From assembly GCF_964204645.1 (NCBI RefSeq), contig NC_134026.1:27252150-27316149 (forward strand): a stretch of 64,000 bases of DNA. Reading direction: 5' to 3'. The stretch is from Tubulanus polymorphus. Lineage: Eukaryota > Animalia > Nemertea. Of the stretch, positions 27,312-40,629 are shown one piece after another (the stretch's first letter is position 1; the number at the start of each line of letters is the position of its first letter). The notes beneath the pieces were generated by a model. The model did no database searches. It was given only the letters and a program-made list of their open reading frames with translations, and was not told the origin of the DNA. The translations under genes and the position numbers were made by a program.

Positions 27312-28418
27312 CTAGTCGTCTGAATCCTCACTATCAGTATCATCATCACCATCATCATCGTCATCATTATCTTTATTTTCAACTAAATCGCTAAAAAAGT
27401 CAGAATTTTTGGCAGCTGAACTTGTATTCAGGGATTTTGTTTTCGTGTTCTTTTTTGCCTTCTTTTTGGTATCAACAATTTCAGTTTTAACATCTTCAAC
27501 ATTCCAGAACTTGATTTTTCCATCATGCGCGCAACTGGCTAAAAGTTTTTCATCGTGGGATAACGATAAATTTTCTACAGGAAAATCATTATGTTCACCG
27601 ACTACACCAAGAAATCTATTGGGTAGAATATGAACAGCACGGATGACTCCATCCATAGATCCAGTACAAACAATGTCATCACTTATAGCTATCATACAAT
27701 CGATTGATAACGGGTGACCTGGGAAACGATCGCTAATGTTTCCCCATTCACCCCAATTGAATATATTCATAACACCTTCGCCATCACCGCATAAAACCTT
27801 ATTTTGTTTTTTTACAACTGACAATGAAAGAAACTCTGAATCAAATAATTCCGACTGCAATTCCATTCGCTTACGTCTGATGTTGAATGCAGTCAACGTT
27901 CCTTCGCCGCTCGCTGCTAAAAGAATTTTCTTGTCTTTATCGATGTGAAGTGCGCTGATGAATTCTTCGTTCTCTTTCACAGCCATGATAGCTTCGGGTT
28001 GACGAATGTCCCATAACTTGACATTTCCATCATCATCACCCGTTGCAAATTTGAAATCATCGATAATTTCCATACAAAAAATAGCCGAATCATGAGCTTT
28101 CTTCATTTTCTTGATTGTTTTACCATTTCCCATGTCGATAATCTGAATAGATTTATCTTTTGAGGCTGTATACAACTTTTCGCCGTCATCAGAAAATCTC
28201 AAAGACCTACATGATTTACTATGATGTGACAAAGTCATTAATAAATGATTTGTCTGATTTTCGGTGGCTGAATATGAATGAATGGTAACAGTACCATCAA
28301 TCTGTCCAGCTGCAATTACATCTTTTTTTGTATGAAAACAAATGTCATTCACAATACACGTATCATCGAATTTGATATCTTTCGGGACATTAATCATGTC
28401 ACTTGTAGATGCAGACAT
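27312..28418 (-). CDS. WDR55: WD repeat protein 55, intronless
   Basis: 368-aa uninterrupted ORF with WD40 repeats, FNWGEWGNISDRFPGH, LPNRFLGVVGEH, DFFSDL and acidic tail; minus-strand AATAAA about 20 nt after the stop. Confidence 0.93.
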   Translation of the reverse strand: MSASTSDMINVPKDIKFDDTCIVNDICFHTKKDVIAAGQIDGTVTIHSYSATENQTNHLLMTLSHHSKSCRSLRFSDDGEKLYTASKDKSIQIIDMGNGKTIKKMKKAHDSAIFCMEIIDDFKFATGDDDGNVKLWDIRQPEAIMAVKENEEFISALHIDKDKKILLAASGEGTLTAFNIRRKRMELQSELFDSEFLSLSVVKKQNKVLCGDGEGVMNIFNWGEWGNISDRFPGHPLSIDCMIAISDDIVCTGSMDGVIRAVHILPNRFLGVVGEHNDFPVENLSLSHDEKLLASCAHDGKIKFWNVEDVKTEIVDTKKKAKKNTKTKSLNTSSAAKNSDFFSDLVENKDNDDDDDGDDDTDSEDSDD

Positions 28419-28438
28419 TCTCTTACCAAGATAGTCAC

Positions 28439-29215
28439 CTACTTCGCAAAATGATTTTGAAATTCACTAAGAGCTTTGAAGCGATGAGAAATTTCGTTCT
28501 TCTTAGACTTGGGTAACTCTGCGTAAGTTTGATCGAATCCTTTTGGCTCGAAACAAGGATCCCAACCGAAACTATTTGGCCCACGAGGAGAAACGATCGT
28601 ACCGTCTGTTTTTCCTCTGAATAATACTATTTCATCACCAGGTTTCCCGCTGTGATAGGCAAATACGCAAAGTGCATAAGCTGACTTGTCCTCAAAACCA
28701 TGAAGTAAACGATGTAAACCTATGAAATACAACAAATATAGTTTTCATCAAATATCAAACAATACTGGCTTAAAATGATAGGCATTTGAAGAAGATGCCT
28801 ACCTTCGGGTTTAAGATTCTTCAAAAACCACTTGATATATGGTCCCGGCAATCCACCAAGTGCGTTAAAACATAGACTTGTATCTTCTACCAAAACCGGA
28901 CCTTCGATCAAAGTTGCAGCCGTTTTACACTTGGCTAGTGACACTTCGTCAGGAGTACCCTGATACTCTGGCAAATCAATGTCCTTGCTAACAATCTGGA
29001 ATGAATAGATTTGACATTAAATCTAATATCGGCACGCACATAACAAGAGATTAGAGAAGAGAAATAGAAGTAGGCTTGTGTCATGATCGTTGAGCCTCAC
29101 CTTGAGTTCTCAATCTCACCTGTTGAGGAAACGCTTTCCCAAGTATCTTCACTAGTTCTTCCAATTTATTTTTGTTACCCGTCACAAATGTTATAGGTTT
29201 AACTGAGCTGGACAT
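28439..29215 (-). CDS. ITPA: Inosine triphosphate pyrophosphatase (HAM1 family), 3 coding exons
   Basis: [54 protein letters not shown]. Confidence 0.97.
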
Positions 29216-30289
29216 ACTGAAAAGTAAATTCAATGACTTCTGAAGATAGATCAATGATTTAACAATTATCAACTACCGAACGGCAGTGGCGTTGGAAGTG
29301 CTGCGACGAAAGTCGCCCGTGGCAATAATTAGCTGACTGACGTTTTTTTTCTTTGAATACCACGTTTTTGAAGAAATTAAGTAAATTCGCCACGACAATA
29401 TTTAGAACCTGTCCAAAATCGGTATTTGGCTGCAGCAATCAAAAATTGCTTCCAACACGCCTGAACGGGAGTGCGGAAAATGTCGGAGACTCAGCGCATA
29501 GGGCGGACCCAATGCAATGCGGCGGGGAAGTATTCGAGCTGCACTCTAAATTGCCAGAATTTTCAGGAAAACATTTTTCTTTTAATAATGAAATATGAAT
29601 CACCGTTACCACGGCATATTTTCTTGGGGGAACCCGTGACCCACTTTGGTGGCTTCGGGCCTTCTTCAGCTCAGCGCTCGTCACGATGCCAGCACTGGCA
29701 GCAGAGGTCGGGCCCGCGGGGATGGATGGATGCCTTATTCGCGAGTTTACTTTGTTCCACCTGTCCACTCCAGTACCCTGCTTCCCTCACCTTCCAAAAA
29801 TCCTTGCTATTTCAGACCCTATTCCTTTGACAACAGCACATTACGTTTACTGTATATTCATTCATAAAGAAAGTGAATGAAGCTACGTTACCTTTCGTGG
29901 TTCAATGAATCGCGGCATGTGTTGCGTGAACGAAAGCATGATAAAATTGTTTACATTCCACTGTAACATATTTGGAATTTCAATTCAATTGAATATTTAT
30001 TGCTCACAGTTCATTCTCTTTTTTTATAATCTTTGAACAATGGGGTTATGAATTGTGATACGTCTAAAAGAAAATATATAGATGTTATATAGCTAAAAGA
30101 GATACTATTGAGTAGCTTACAACAAATGCATCGTGTCGAGAGACTGGTTCCACTTCCAATAGTTGACTGGTTCCGCGTTCAGTTGAATTGAATTGAATTA
30201 ATTGAAAACGAGTTCAAAAAGCGTGAACAATGTCATAAAAGCCCTGTTTATCATTTATATTTGCGCAATCCTTTTTGACAAACATCAAA

Positions 30290-33200
30290 ATGTCAAGACA
30301 TAGGAATGTGCGATCTATGAATATTGACGATGGTTTGTATTAAAACTACATATTTCCTCGAAAATCATGTCATTCAATCAAATTCAATGTAATTATGTTG
30401 GCATATTTTATTGCACGTATAGCACTATTTCAGCCTACTCCTAGTCTGCATACGATGCGATATTAAGTGTTACCCTTGAAAAGGCTAGATACCTGATCAA
30501 CTAGCTTACCCTGTGGCCATTTATTTTGGAATTCCGTCTTCGTAAATAGATAGATAATCCCGTTCATCCCTCTGTTCTGTTCAACATTTTGTACTGTAAA
30601 TTGACATTGTAGAGTATGATGGCTACGATGACGTTTATGGTCATTCTGTCGAAGAAAGTTACTGTGTTTCTCCTGGAACAGGTAAATACATGCCAAAACA
30701 ACTTGAACATGAATCCTTGTATGAACTTCTATTAATTGCTCTAAGTCCAAGTACAACATTTTACATAGGATTGAACATTTTTCTTACAAGTCAAATTCAT
30801 TGCTTTATCTCATATATTCAAAGTCGAAGAAGACAACTAACAACTTCTATGTGCTATTTCACTTTTTAGTTGCTCAATTCACATTCAACCGCGATGCCGA
30901 GCCGAGTTTGTCATCATTTATCACTGAATCTAAAATTCCTGAAGAGGATGAAAGTGACAGTGAAAATGACCAATCACTCAATGATTCCGGTCAATTTCAT
31001 AAACCACAATTATCTGATACACAACAAGGTCTGTTACTGTCTTGTATGATGTTAGCCATGTGAAAAATATTAAGCCGCACTGAATTGGACTAGGCCCTAA
31101 AGATGAATTTGAATTATTCGAATCTTTACATATTTTTCTTTACAGCCCAGTTGAATTCATGTTTAGAAGAGATGCGTAATATTATTGGTGATTCAGTGCC
31201 TGAGCATACTATGGTAGATGCTGTTGTTAAATCTGACTTCAACTTGGAGAAAGCTCTTGATCAAGTATTGAATAAAGCAGGTTTGTACTCGGCTGATATT
31301 GTAAGATATACTTTTGACCAGTTTTATTTTTAGATAAAGAATACTTTTGTGTTGCAGATGCTCCGAAATCACAAAGAATTCCCAGGGAAAGGAGAAGAGA
31401 TTCAGGTAAGTAATCAGGCCAAAATGACTTAGATTTCTCCAAGAAAAAATGTTTAATTCGTTTGAGATTTATGTCTTCTTTTCATTTTTCTTTCATATGT
31501 TTTGAACTGATGGATGATAATTGAATTTGGTAAGGTAAGATGAGGAGCTTAATTTCAATACTGACACTATATCTATAATTAAGGCTTCTAGTTCATCAGC
31601 TCCTGATGAGTTTGGAGCATGTTTGTTTCAACCATCTGATGAGATGAGAGATATCACAATGCTCCCTAGAATGAAACCAATTCGACCCCCTCCTGGATTT
31701 GTCAAACCGCCTCCTGGTTTTGCCGGCCCACCACCAGGATTTCATGCACTTGGCATTCAGCGTGATATGGCTGCAGGACAGCCTATGAATGCATTTGAAT
31801 TTTCCACTTGTAAAATTAAAGAATCAAATGTTTCAAAAGATAACCCCACCACCACTTTGACATCATTGAGCAATCTAGAACAATTTACCGATGGACTATC
31901 AAAATTCTTGCCAATCATCGGCTCAATAGGAAAAGAGAATATTCCCAAAATTTGTTCAGGCGTGAACATTGAATGTTCTGGTAGTTCCAAAGATGAGAGT
32001 AACATAAGTTCAGCTGGTCTGAACAAATTCAGCATACCACCTGTGAATCTGGATCTTTCAACGAGGCAGCATAATACAAAAGCGGACCAAAATAATGAAA
32101 GCCATTCTAAGCCTAAAGTGCAAGGTTTAAGTTTATCTAATTTAGCTAGGCAGCATGAAATCAAGTCTGGGAGTGTTAAACCATCTCAAAAAGGCAGTGG
32201 ACTAAGCTTGGCAAATTTAGCCAAACAGCATGAGATTAAATCACAAAATAAAAGTATTGGTTTAAGCCTTGCGAGTTTAGCAAAACAGCATAAAGAAAAA
32301 GTAGAGGCAAAGACAGCTCCTATATCATTAAATGTGTTCACTGAAAAACATTCTGATGCTAAAAAGAAATTGAGGATTCCTGCAAAAGATATGAAAGAAT
32401 GCCATAACACTTTAGAAGATGCTTCAATTAGCTTGTCCCAACTAGCAAAACATGTTGTACCCACCACTATAAAACGTGGAAGTCAGTTGAAATGTGAGAC
32501 TTCTACTAAAAAAATTGATTTATCTGGTTTGTTAAAGGTTCCGTCCCCGGTGCAAAAGACTGCACCAAATTCCTCTAGTGAAACTGAGCTATCTTCATTT
32601 GATGTTTTCAGTCCCCAGTTAAACAGCCAATTAAGAATGAAGACAATTACTATCGATAACAATATTGTTCATGATGAATTCACACTTGAAAACAATATTC
32701 ATGTCTCTACTGAAATTATTTCTAAACCATCCATATTTGCTAGAATAATATGTTCCCACTACCCAACTTATAGTTCTGTAGATGAGCTTGTGAGAAAAAG
32801 AAAAAAGCTTGCTAGAACCAAAAAGTTTTTGAAATTTTGCTACATGAAACAAATATCGGAAACAATCGTAGAACAACAAGAGAAATCAAATGTTATCGTT
32901 CCATTTGATTTTTCAACTCCATCTCCTGACGACATTGTGAAAGAAAAACAGAATGTTGCCTTCACTCGTACTGGTATGATACCCGAAAGAATCTACTGAA
33001 TATAACAACTGTAGTATCTCAGACTTGTTTCCACGTAGTGTTATACACTTAGTGTATTTCTTTTGCCTTCTACAATTGACAAATCGATGTTCCCTTTTAT
33101 TCATTTTAGGTAGATCAACCGTAAAATCAGACTTTACACTTGGTGAACCTCCGGTTATTAAAACTGTTGATACTTCTACCAAAGTTGAAGATGGGGTTGC

Positions 33201-36200
33201 TAGAATAACTTTTTCTTCAAAAGAGAAGTCGCCTATGACATTTTTCATTGGCGAATCAGTTCAAGTAAGATGCTCACTTTTTTGTAATATTTTATTGATG
33301 ATTTTTGCATTCTAAATTTTTAATTACAAGTTGTTGTCAAAAAAGTATATTGATAAATGTAAGTTTATCATGCCATTTTACTTACAAATAGATACAATTG
33401 TTTTCCCTAGGATTCCAGCGATACTGAAGTACCATCATTTGAGACGCAGGCAAAGCAGGTAGCATCAGCACCAACACTGACAATATCAGATGGAAATAAT
33501 GTTAACAACAGGACTCGTTCTCCCGACTGTAGGGCAGATTCAACAGGTCAAAGAAGTGAAACTACCATCCCCAAAAGTGCTTCAAAGTAAATACGAAGTC
33601 TAATATACATTTTACTTTAAGAAAATTATCTGGTGGTAAATTACAATTGTTACTACAGTTAACAATTATTTTGGCATCTTCATCTATAAAACGAAATTGT
33701 TTTCAGGACATCGCTAGCAGACATGAGGCGTGGGTAAGAATCTATAATGGTTCATCACTGATTGCTTTGCTTGCTTGTATATTTAGCAATTGATAGCCTA
33801 AGCCGACAGATGTTGATTAAATTTTCATATTTTGCCTGCTTGAGCATTTATATCGCTTAACCCTTTCAGTGCGTCTACACCGCAGTACGGTGTATGAATC
33901 AGTGATGGATTTTGCTAGTACACCGCACTGCGGTGTATTGATTTAATGAGTAATTACTAATTATCTCTCTTGAAAGATGGCAGCACCTGTCAAACATAGT
34001 GAAATATTAGTAACTAACGATATACCGCGCCAGGGTGTAGACGAGTATAGTGCTATTCCCGTTATTCAACACACTAGGGTGAAATTTTTCAGAATTTTCA
34101 AATTATCTTCAGCACTATAGGGTATTAATTAGCCAGCACTGAAAGCGTTAACATAGCTTTCATTAATCATAGCTATGTATCCATTGGTTGCAATGACATA
34201 TGTATGAATATGGAGGGATATTTTAAGAATCATTTTGTTTTCGGGATTGAGGTTTCATTTTTCGTATTTAATCTTTCGATTAGCACTACAATTTATTCTG
34301 TTAACATCAGAATTTTTGTCCGTTATGATAAATCTCTAAACTTTCGCTTTGTTATTTAGATCCAAGCAGATTGAAAGAGTGGATTTGGCAAAAGAAATAG
34401 AGAAACGGAAAGGTGGAAAAGAAAATATAAATCTGGTGGTCATTGGTAAGGATGATATAAGTTTTGAGTGATTTAGAATTGAGATGATTCAAAAACTAGA
34501 GTGCCCATGAAGAAACATGTACATTGGATATCGATTTTATATTGAATAGGTCATGTCGATGCAGGCAAGAGTACTCTAATGGGGCATCTTTTATACCAGC
34601 TCGGTTGTGTTAGTAAAAAAGCGATGCATAAATATGAACAAGAATCCAAGAAATTAGGAAAAGCTTCTTTTGCATATGCTTGGGTGCTCGATGAAACGGA
34701 AGAAGAAAGGTTTGGGCTGGCTAATAAAAAAAAACTCTTGTAAATGAAATATTACCATTGTTCATATTTATTCTTCATAATACCAGGACTCGGGGAGTAA
34801 CTATGGATGTAGCACAGACCCGTTTTGAAACTCCTAATAGACAGATAAATTTAATGGATGCTCCAGGTCATAAAGACTTCATTCCAAATATGATCACAGG
34901 TACTACTACCGAATCAATTGTTTGGTATCAGATCCATTTTCAAAATGAATTTTCACATAATAATCCATATTTTTTCGTTTAGGTGCTGCCCAAGCAGATG
35001 TGGCCATATTGGTTGTCAATGGTACAAGAGGTGAATTTGAAACTGGTTTTGAAGCTGGTGGTCAAACTAGGGAACACGCTTTGCTTGTCAGATCACTAGG
35101 TACTATTGAAAAACTAATGGTTATATTCAAGATTCATACAACCAGTATATTACATTTTCACTGTCGCTTATATTTATTCATTATGTGTAATTTTTCATTC
35201 TATTTACAGGAGTTTTACAAATTGTAGTAGCTGTAAATAAAATGGATACAGTTGAATGGTCACAAGATAGATACAATGATATAGTCAAGAAATTAAGTCA
35301 TTTCTTAAAGCAAGCTGGCTTCAAAGAATCTGATATAACCTATGTTCCATGCAGTGGTCTAGGAGGAGAAAATCTAACTAAATGCCAAGATGAAAAACTC
35401 AAGCAATGGTACTCGGGACCCACACTCGTAGATCAGATAGGTAACAACTTCTTGTTTGCATGTTTCATTCAAATATTTATTACCTGTATCGTTCATTGAT
35501 ACTACTTTTATGATTTATTCCAGATAAATTCCGACCACCTGAACGTCCTGTTGAGAAACCGTTCAGAATGTGTGTAGCTGATGTTTATAAAGGAATGACC
35601 AGTGGATTTGCGATTTCGGGAAAAGTTGAAGCAGGTTACGTTCAAAATGGCGACCGGCTACTTATCATGCCAATAGGAGAGAGTGCATATGTGAAAAGTA
35701 TGTTTAAAAAATGTACTTGTCTTAACCTGTATTTTGTACATTCTGTATGAATTTTCCAGGTTCATTTTGTGTTTGTAGGTGTAACTGTGGACGAGGAACC
35801 AGTTTCATGTGCATTAGCTGGAGAGTATGCATCTGTTACAGTATTTGGCACTGAGATGGAAAAAGTCAATATAGGTAATAGTTATCATATAAATCCTATT
35901 TATGTAAGCATATTTCATGTATTTAATTTATCCTTTCACGCTGATTAGGCTCAATGGTTTGTGATCCCATCAATCCCATTAAATGTGCTACTCGAATTCA
36001 AGGAAGAATAGTTGTTTTTAATATCGATGTTCCACTCACTAAAGGCTTCCCAGTAAGTAAAGGACAAAGCTATTTGATACGTTGTGTGTACAAAGCAAAG
36101 ATAGACTCATTTCAATTGATTGCTAAATTGTGTAACATTTCAGCTTGTATTCCATTATCAAACGAGAAGTGAACCCGCTCACATACGAAAAATTGTCTCA

Positions 36201-36573
36201 CAACTCCATAAAAGTACTGGCGAAGTTGTTAAAAAGAATCCTAGGTATTCATTGTTTCAATTCATATAATGAATAAACAAATAAAACGATTTGTGACTTA
36301 TTGATGCTATGTTTACTTATAGGTGCCTAACTAAAAATTCAAATGCTGTAGTTGAAGTGGAAGTAAATCGTCCAATCTGTATAGAATTATTCTCAGATTA
36401 TAAGGATTTAGGAAGGTTTATGTTACGCTATGGTGGATCAACTATAGCTGCTGGTCTAGTCACACAGGTACAAACATACAGTACATATATACATTGTGTC
36501 AAGAATTTGATTTATTGAAAACTGTGTCTAATACAAAGTTTTTTTCTTACAGATTTTAGATAAACCAGCATAA
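30290..36573 (+). CDS. HBS1L: HBS1-like translational GTPase, long isoform
   Basis: [12 protein letters not shown]-terminus, YGHSVEE, HBS1_N domain, [56 protein letters not shown]; stop TAA at 36571-36573. Confidence 0.97.
31600..32999 (+). CDS. HBS1L: Alternative terminal exon of HBS1L (HBS1LV3/SKI7-like short isoform)
   Basis: About 1.4 kb open frame within an HBS1L intron; phase-compatible acceptor (tcag|CT, exon start 31600); ends with PSIFARIIC and [21 protein letters not shown]. Confidence 0.85.
33861..34147. mobile_element. piggyBac-type MITE in an HBS1L intron
   Basis: TTAA|ccctttcagtgc ... gcactgaaagcg|TTAA; internal repeated tacaccgca.t.cggtgta palindromes. Confidence 0.8.
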
Positions 36574-37192
36574 CTGTGATACAGCATTTGTATGTACTGA
36601 GACTACACATTTGTGATGTACCTATCGAGTTTATTGACATTAGTCTATGCAGAGTTTTTGGTGGAGGATTTGCATCTTATTTCATTGTACTGTCCATGGA
36701 TTCGGTATTTACATGATTCGATCTCCCGCCTGAAATTAACCTCGTTATTTCAATAGATGATAATGATTTCTACTACGTTCAATATACTTTTGTATATTCA
36801 ATAAACGAAGTGTATATTTGTTTGGTTTTAAGTACTGAGGTGGAAATAAATTCATATGACCAGAAGCGAATCATTTATTTTCAAATGATTAATACGGTTT
36901 GATGCTTATTGCCTATATGTAAAAAGTGTGTACATTGTATCATAAAAATCTTGTGAACATTTCATTATTTTAATGTACAATATCTGCTTCAAGGCTAATA
37001 AAATATTCAAAAGGCTGTTCAGTATATTTTAGTTTCGACTGGTATTTCAGTTTCAGTCTATGAAGTCCATTAAATATATTAATTAATATATTATCTACCA
37101 ACACAGTAGTTAGCGCTTGCCTCATATCTCACGGGACCAATATCAATTGTCATTTATGTACTGTACTAGGATGTGGTAATTGTTAATGTACT

Positions 37193-37303
37193 GGACCCAG
37201 TTCCACAGTTGTGAGTTAGAGTTAACTCTGAGCTAAAGTTCATTTTCAATGAGTTAACTCAAGAGTTAATTAAATCTTAACTCGGATCTGTGGAACTGGA
37301 CCC
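37193..37303. mobile_element. Short palindromic MITE
   Basis: ggacccagttccacag ... ctgtggaactggaccc TIRs with internal gagttaactc repeats. Confidence 0.7.
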
Positions 37304-40300
37304 TGATCAACACTTAGTACATGTATAACAATTATGAGTGCGGACACTGCAGTCTTTCCAGATACGTAACATGTAAAAGTAAAAAGTAACGCTCTTGTGA
37401 AGAATAAGCACAAATCAGGGCTTTTAAGTTTTTCAAAAAGTAGTAATAGACCAACCATGGTACTATGGGCTCTATGGAATTGTAGCCTCCTTCAGTGATT
37501 GCCTCCATCTAGGCTTTGACCTTTCATCACAAATCCTTGAGAAAACATAGAACTACCATGTAAAATATGACTTTTTATTCAATATCCACCGCCAGCAGAA
37601 AGAATACAACAAATTCACTGAGAATAAGATGCCGTATTTGTTACAAGACAAGTTGATATATGCTTACTATTAATACGCATATTAGTCTGAACGAAATTAA
37701 GTTTTCCAATACATATTTAAAGAGTACCGGCAACAGAACAGACCAATAACTAAATTAACAGCCACAGGTATGAACTATAATATCACATGAAGACCTACGT
37801 GTTCAAATAGAGCTGATTTAAAACACAAATCTGGCTAGAATATCAGGAAGAACAGTAAGCCATTTGTACCTTTTTTTGGTCGTACAACAATATTCGAGAA
37901 GTAATCAAAACATACAGGGGTATAGAGAAAGCTGTATTTAAACAGCTTCCATGGATCTGGAAGACGATGGACTACAAAAATATATATATTACATCCATAG
38001 ATCCATAGTGTATACAGATGAAACTAATACCTGTTTACATACAGCAACTAACACATTTTCTAGTGAAACAATAATAATGGAAAATCATCATTTACACTTT
38101 CTTAAAACAAGAGTTGTGACCCCAGACTGTGACCGGCGGATGATTATACTTCTGATACATTTTATGTCCTAATAGAATTTATTGTAGCAACTTGAAAACA
38201 AGAGGTTAATGAAAGGGTAAATATTGAAGAATACGGAGCCTCAACTTGATGCAGGAGTTGGAAGAATGGTAGGATCGAATAATTGTGAACATATTATTTT
38301 GGTATTTTAGAATTATTTATATACACAATACATACATGTATAATATTTCGACAACGACAAATACGATACATTATTGGTAAGAAGGGTCACAGCGCAAAAT
38401 TGTTTATCTCCGTGAAGGTGCAGAGCAAACGATATTAGTGTCACATTATCAACGGAATAGTTATATATTATTTTTTTAAAGATTTGATGGACTGAAAAAA
38501 GTTGAATCAATGAGTGGCAAAAAACTTTCTATGAATATTATCAGAAAAACTTCCACCTCATTAAAAATAAAGCGTTCACCAGTCCCATTCACACGGTACA
38601 TTTTTACAATATATACTACATATGTATATTACACTTAACTATACATTAATTTGATATTTTCATTCAATAAGAATTATGAATGACACAAAAGATTACAACT
38701 TGTTTTATTGTTAAAATTGCAAACATTTCAGATTTGTGTGTCATCATCACATCTAGATTAAGTATATGTATGGGTTATATTGGCATTTAATCATTTCGCC
38801 AATCTTTTGACTATGTTATCAGTAAGAGAGTAGGGTATGTGATTACATGCTCTCTATATCGATTTCAATGATGAACACTGGATATATTTACACCATGAAA
38901 TTGAAAAGCTATTTCTTAGAATTGATAAACATACTTACCAACAGTCATGTATTTTTTTCAGCCATAAAATAATACATGAACTATCCCTTTGATAGACAGA
39001 ACTTTATCACAAATCTATTGCTCGAAGTAAAATTCTCTGTTCTTTAAATCTTAAGATAGTAGCCTATTCATTATTGAATGTCTGATCCCAACCAGGACAC
39101 TCAATAAAATTCTGAAAATATTTCAAATAACTCTGCTCAAAATAGCCTGAAATCAGCTAGCTTAATATATCATATGATGGTTTTTACTAGGATAAGTTAT
39201 CAAGTCACTATGCCATCATTAGGCTAATAATTTAGCATAGTCGAGAATCTAAAAATATACATTATAAGATGTATTAAAAATATCTTTCCTTCAAAAATAG
39301 CATACAATTTCATATAAATGCACAAATCCTAGTGGAAAATGGTTTCCCACTCTAAACAAAGATCAGAAATAACCAGTGTACACATTCTGATCCTCCAACC
39401 AACATTGCCATAAACCACTAATAAAATTCAATAGTAAGTAGTGAGCGTTTGAGTAAGTGTATCTTGCAATGTAAATGTCCCACAGCACAACTGATAATTC
39501 TCTAGTATTTGGCGAGGTTTCACCACAAAAAGACCCACGTTTATTTCTTCTTTAGTTCTTCGGTTGAATTGCAACAAAACCAACATAATATAGTGGTGAA
39601 ACCGAGCCCAGACCTATCCAAATATATGAATCTGCTGTTCTAAGGACTTCAATGGCACATCAAGAGTCAAGAACATTCTTTAGCATTTTGCTTACCAGTA
39701 ATCATCCATTTATAGACACATCGAATGTACAATATACATCAAACGAGGAATGATTCTCAAATCAATAATCTCTTCTCAAAAAGTTAAAAACAGGCATTCA
39801 AACTATTGAGGGATTCTCGACATATCGACAATTCTTCTTGAATCAACACATTATATTCAAATGAAGAACACAAGGGTAGATATTCATAACTTATGTATTA
39901 AAGCTTATATACCAGTACCGAATTTATTTAGTGTGAGTAGATAAGTCATCAATAAACACCTTGTAAGTGCCATAAATAATATATACCGTAGTTTGTCAGA
40001 GGGAGAAACTGAAAAAGGCAGAGATATTTCCCATACTTCAATGCCAATTTTCTCAACTGCTTCCACATCATATGCACAAAATAGTGTAGAATTACAGCAG
40101 ACACTCACTCAACATAAAACAAGTAATGATTATCATTAACATCATCGTAAACTATGATAATAATATCAATAATACATTTTGTAATACCAGATTTGTCTTT
40201 TTCGTAAAAATAACTCTCAGATGCCGAAGACTAGTAACAAACATCCCATACTGCAAAATCGTTAAGATGTTTTTTGTGATTCCGACCCTCACTACAAGCA

Positions 40301-40629
40301 CAGCAATTTACTGAGCTCTATCCACAATACGACCAAACCGAGGATATGATGATCATTTATTCATCAAACGGATATACAAATCCAGGTTGTGAAACAACCA
40401 GAAATAATTCATATCTCAGGGTCCTTCAGACCATGTGTATAGGAATGATTTGCGAATCAGTGAACTCTGTGTAGTTTATCTATATGCTCAAGGAAGATCA
40501 TCAATGCTGTCGACTAACGGTCAGTTGATATATTAAATGCAGTCTTTGAAGGATGACATCTTTTTATTCACTCATCATTTCCCCAATACTATCACGCTCT
40601 CACTTCTTAGCAGTAAATAATATATTCTT

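Noticed and set aside
28419-28441. Stop-codon readthrough fusion of ITPA and WDR55
   Set aside because: The 20-nt spacer puts WDR55 out of frame.
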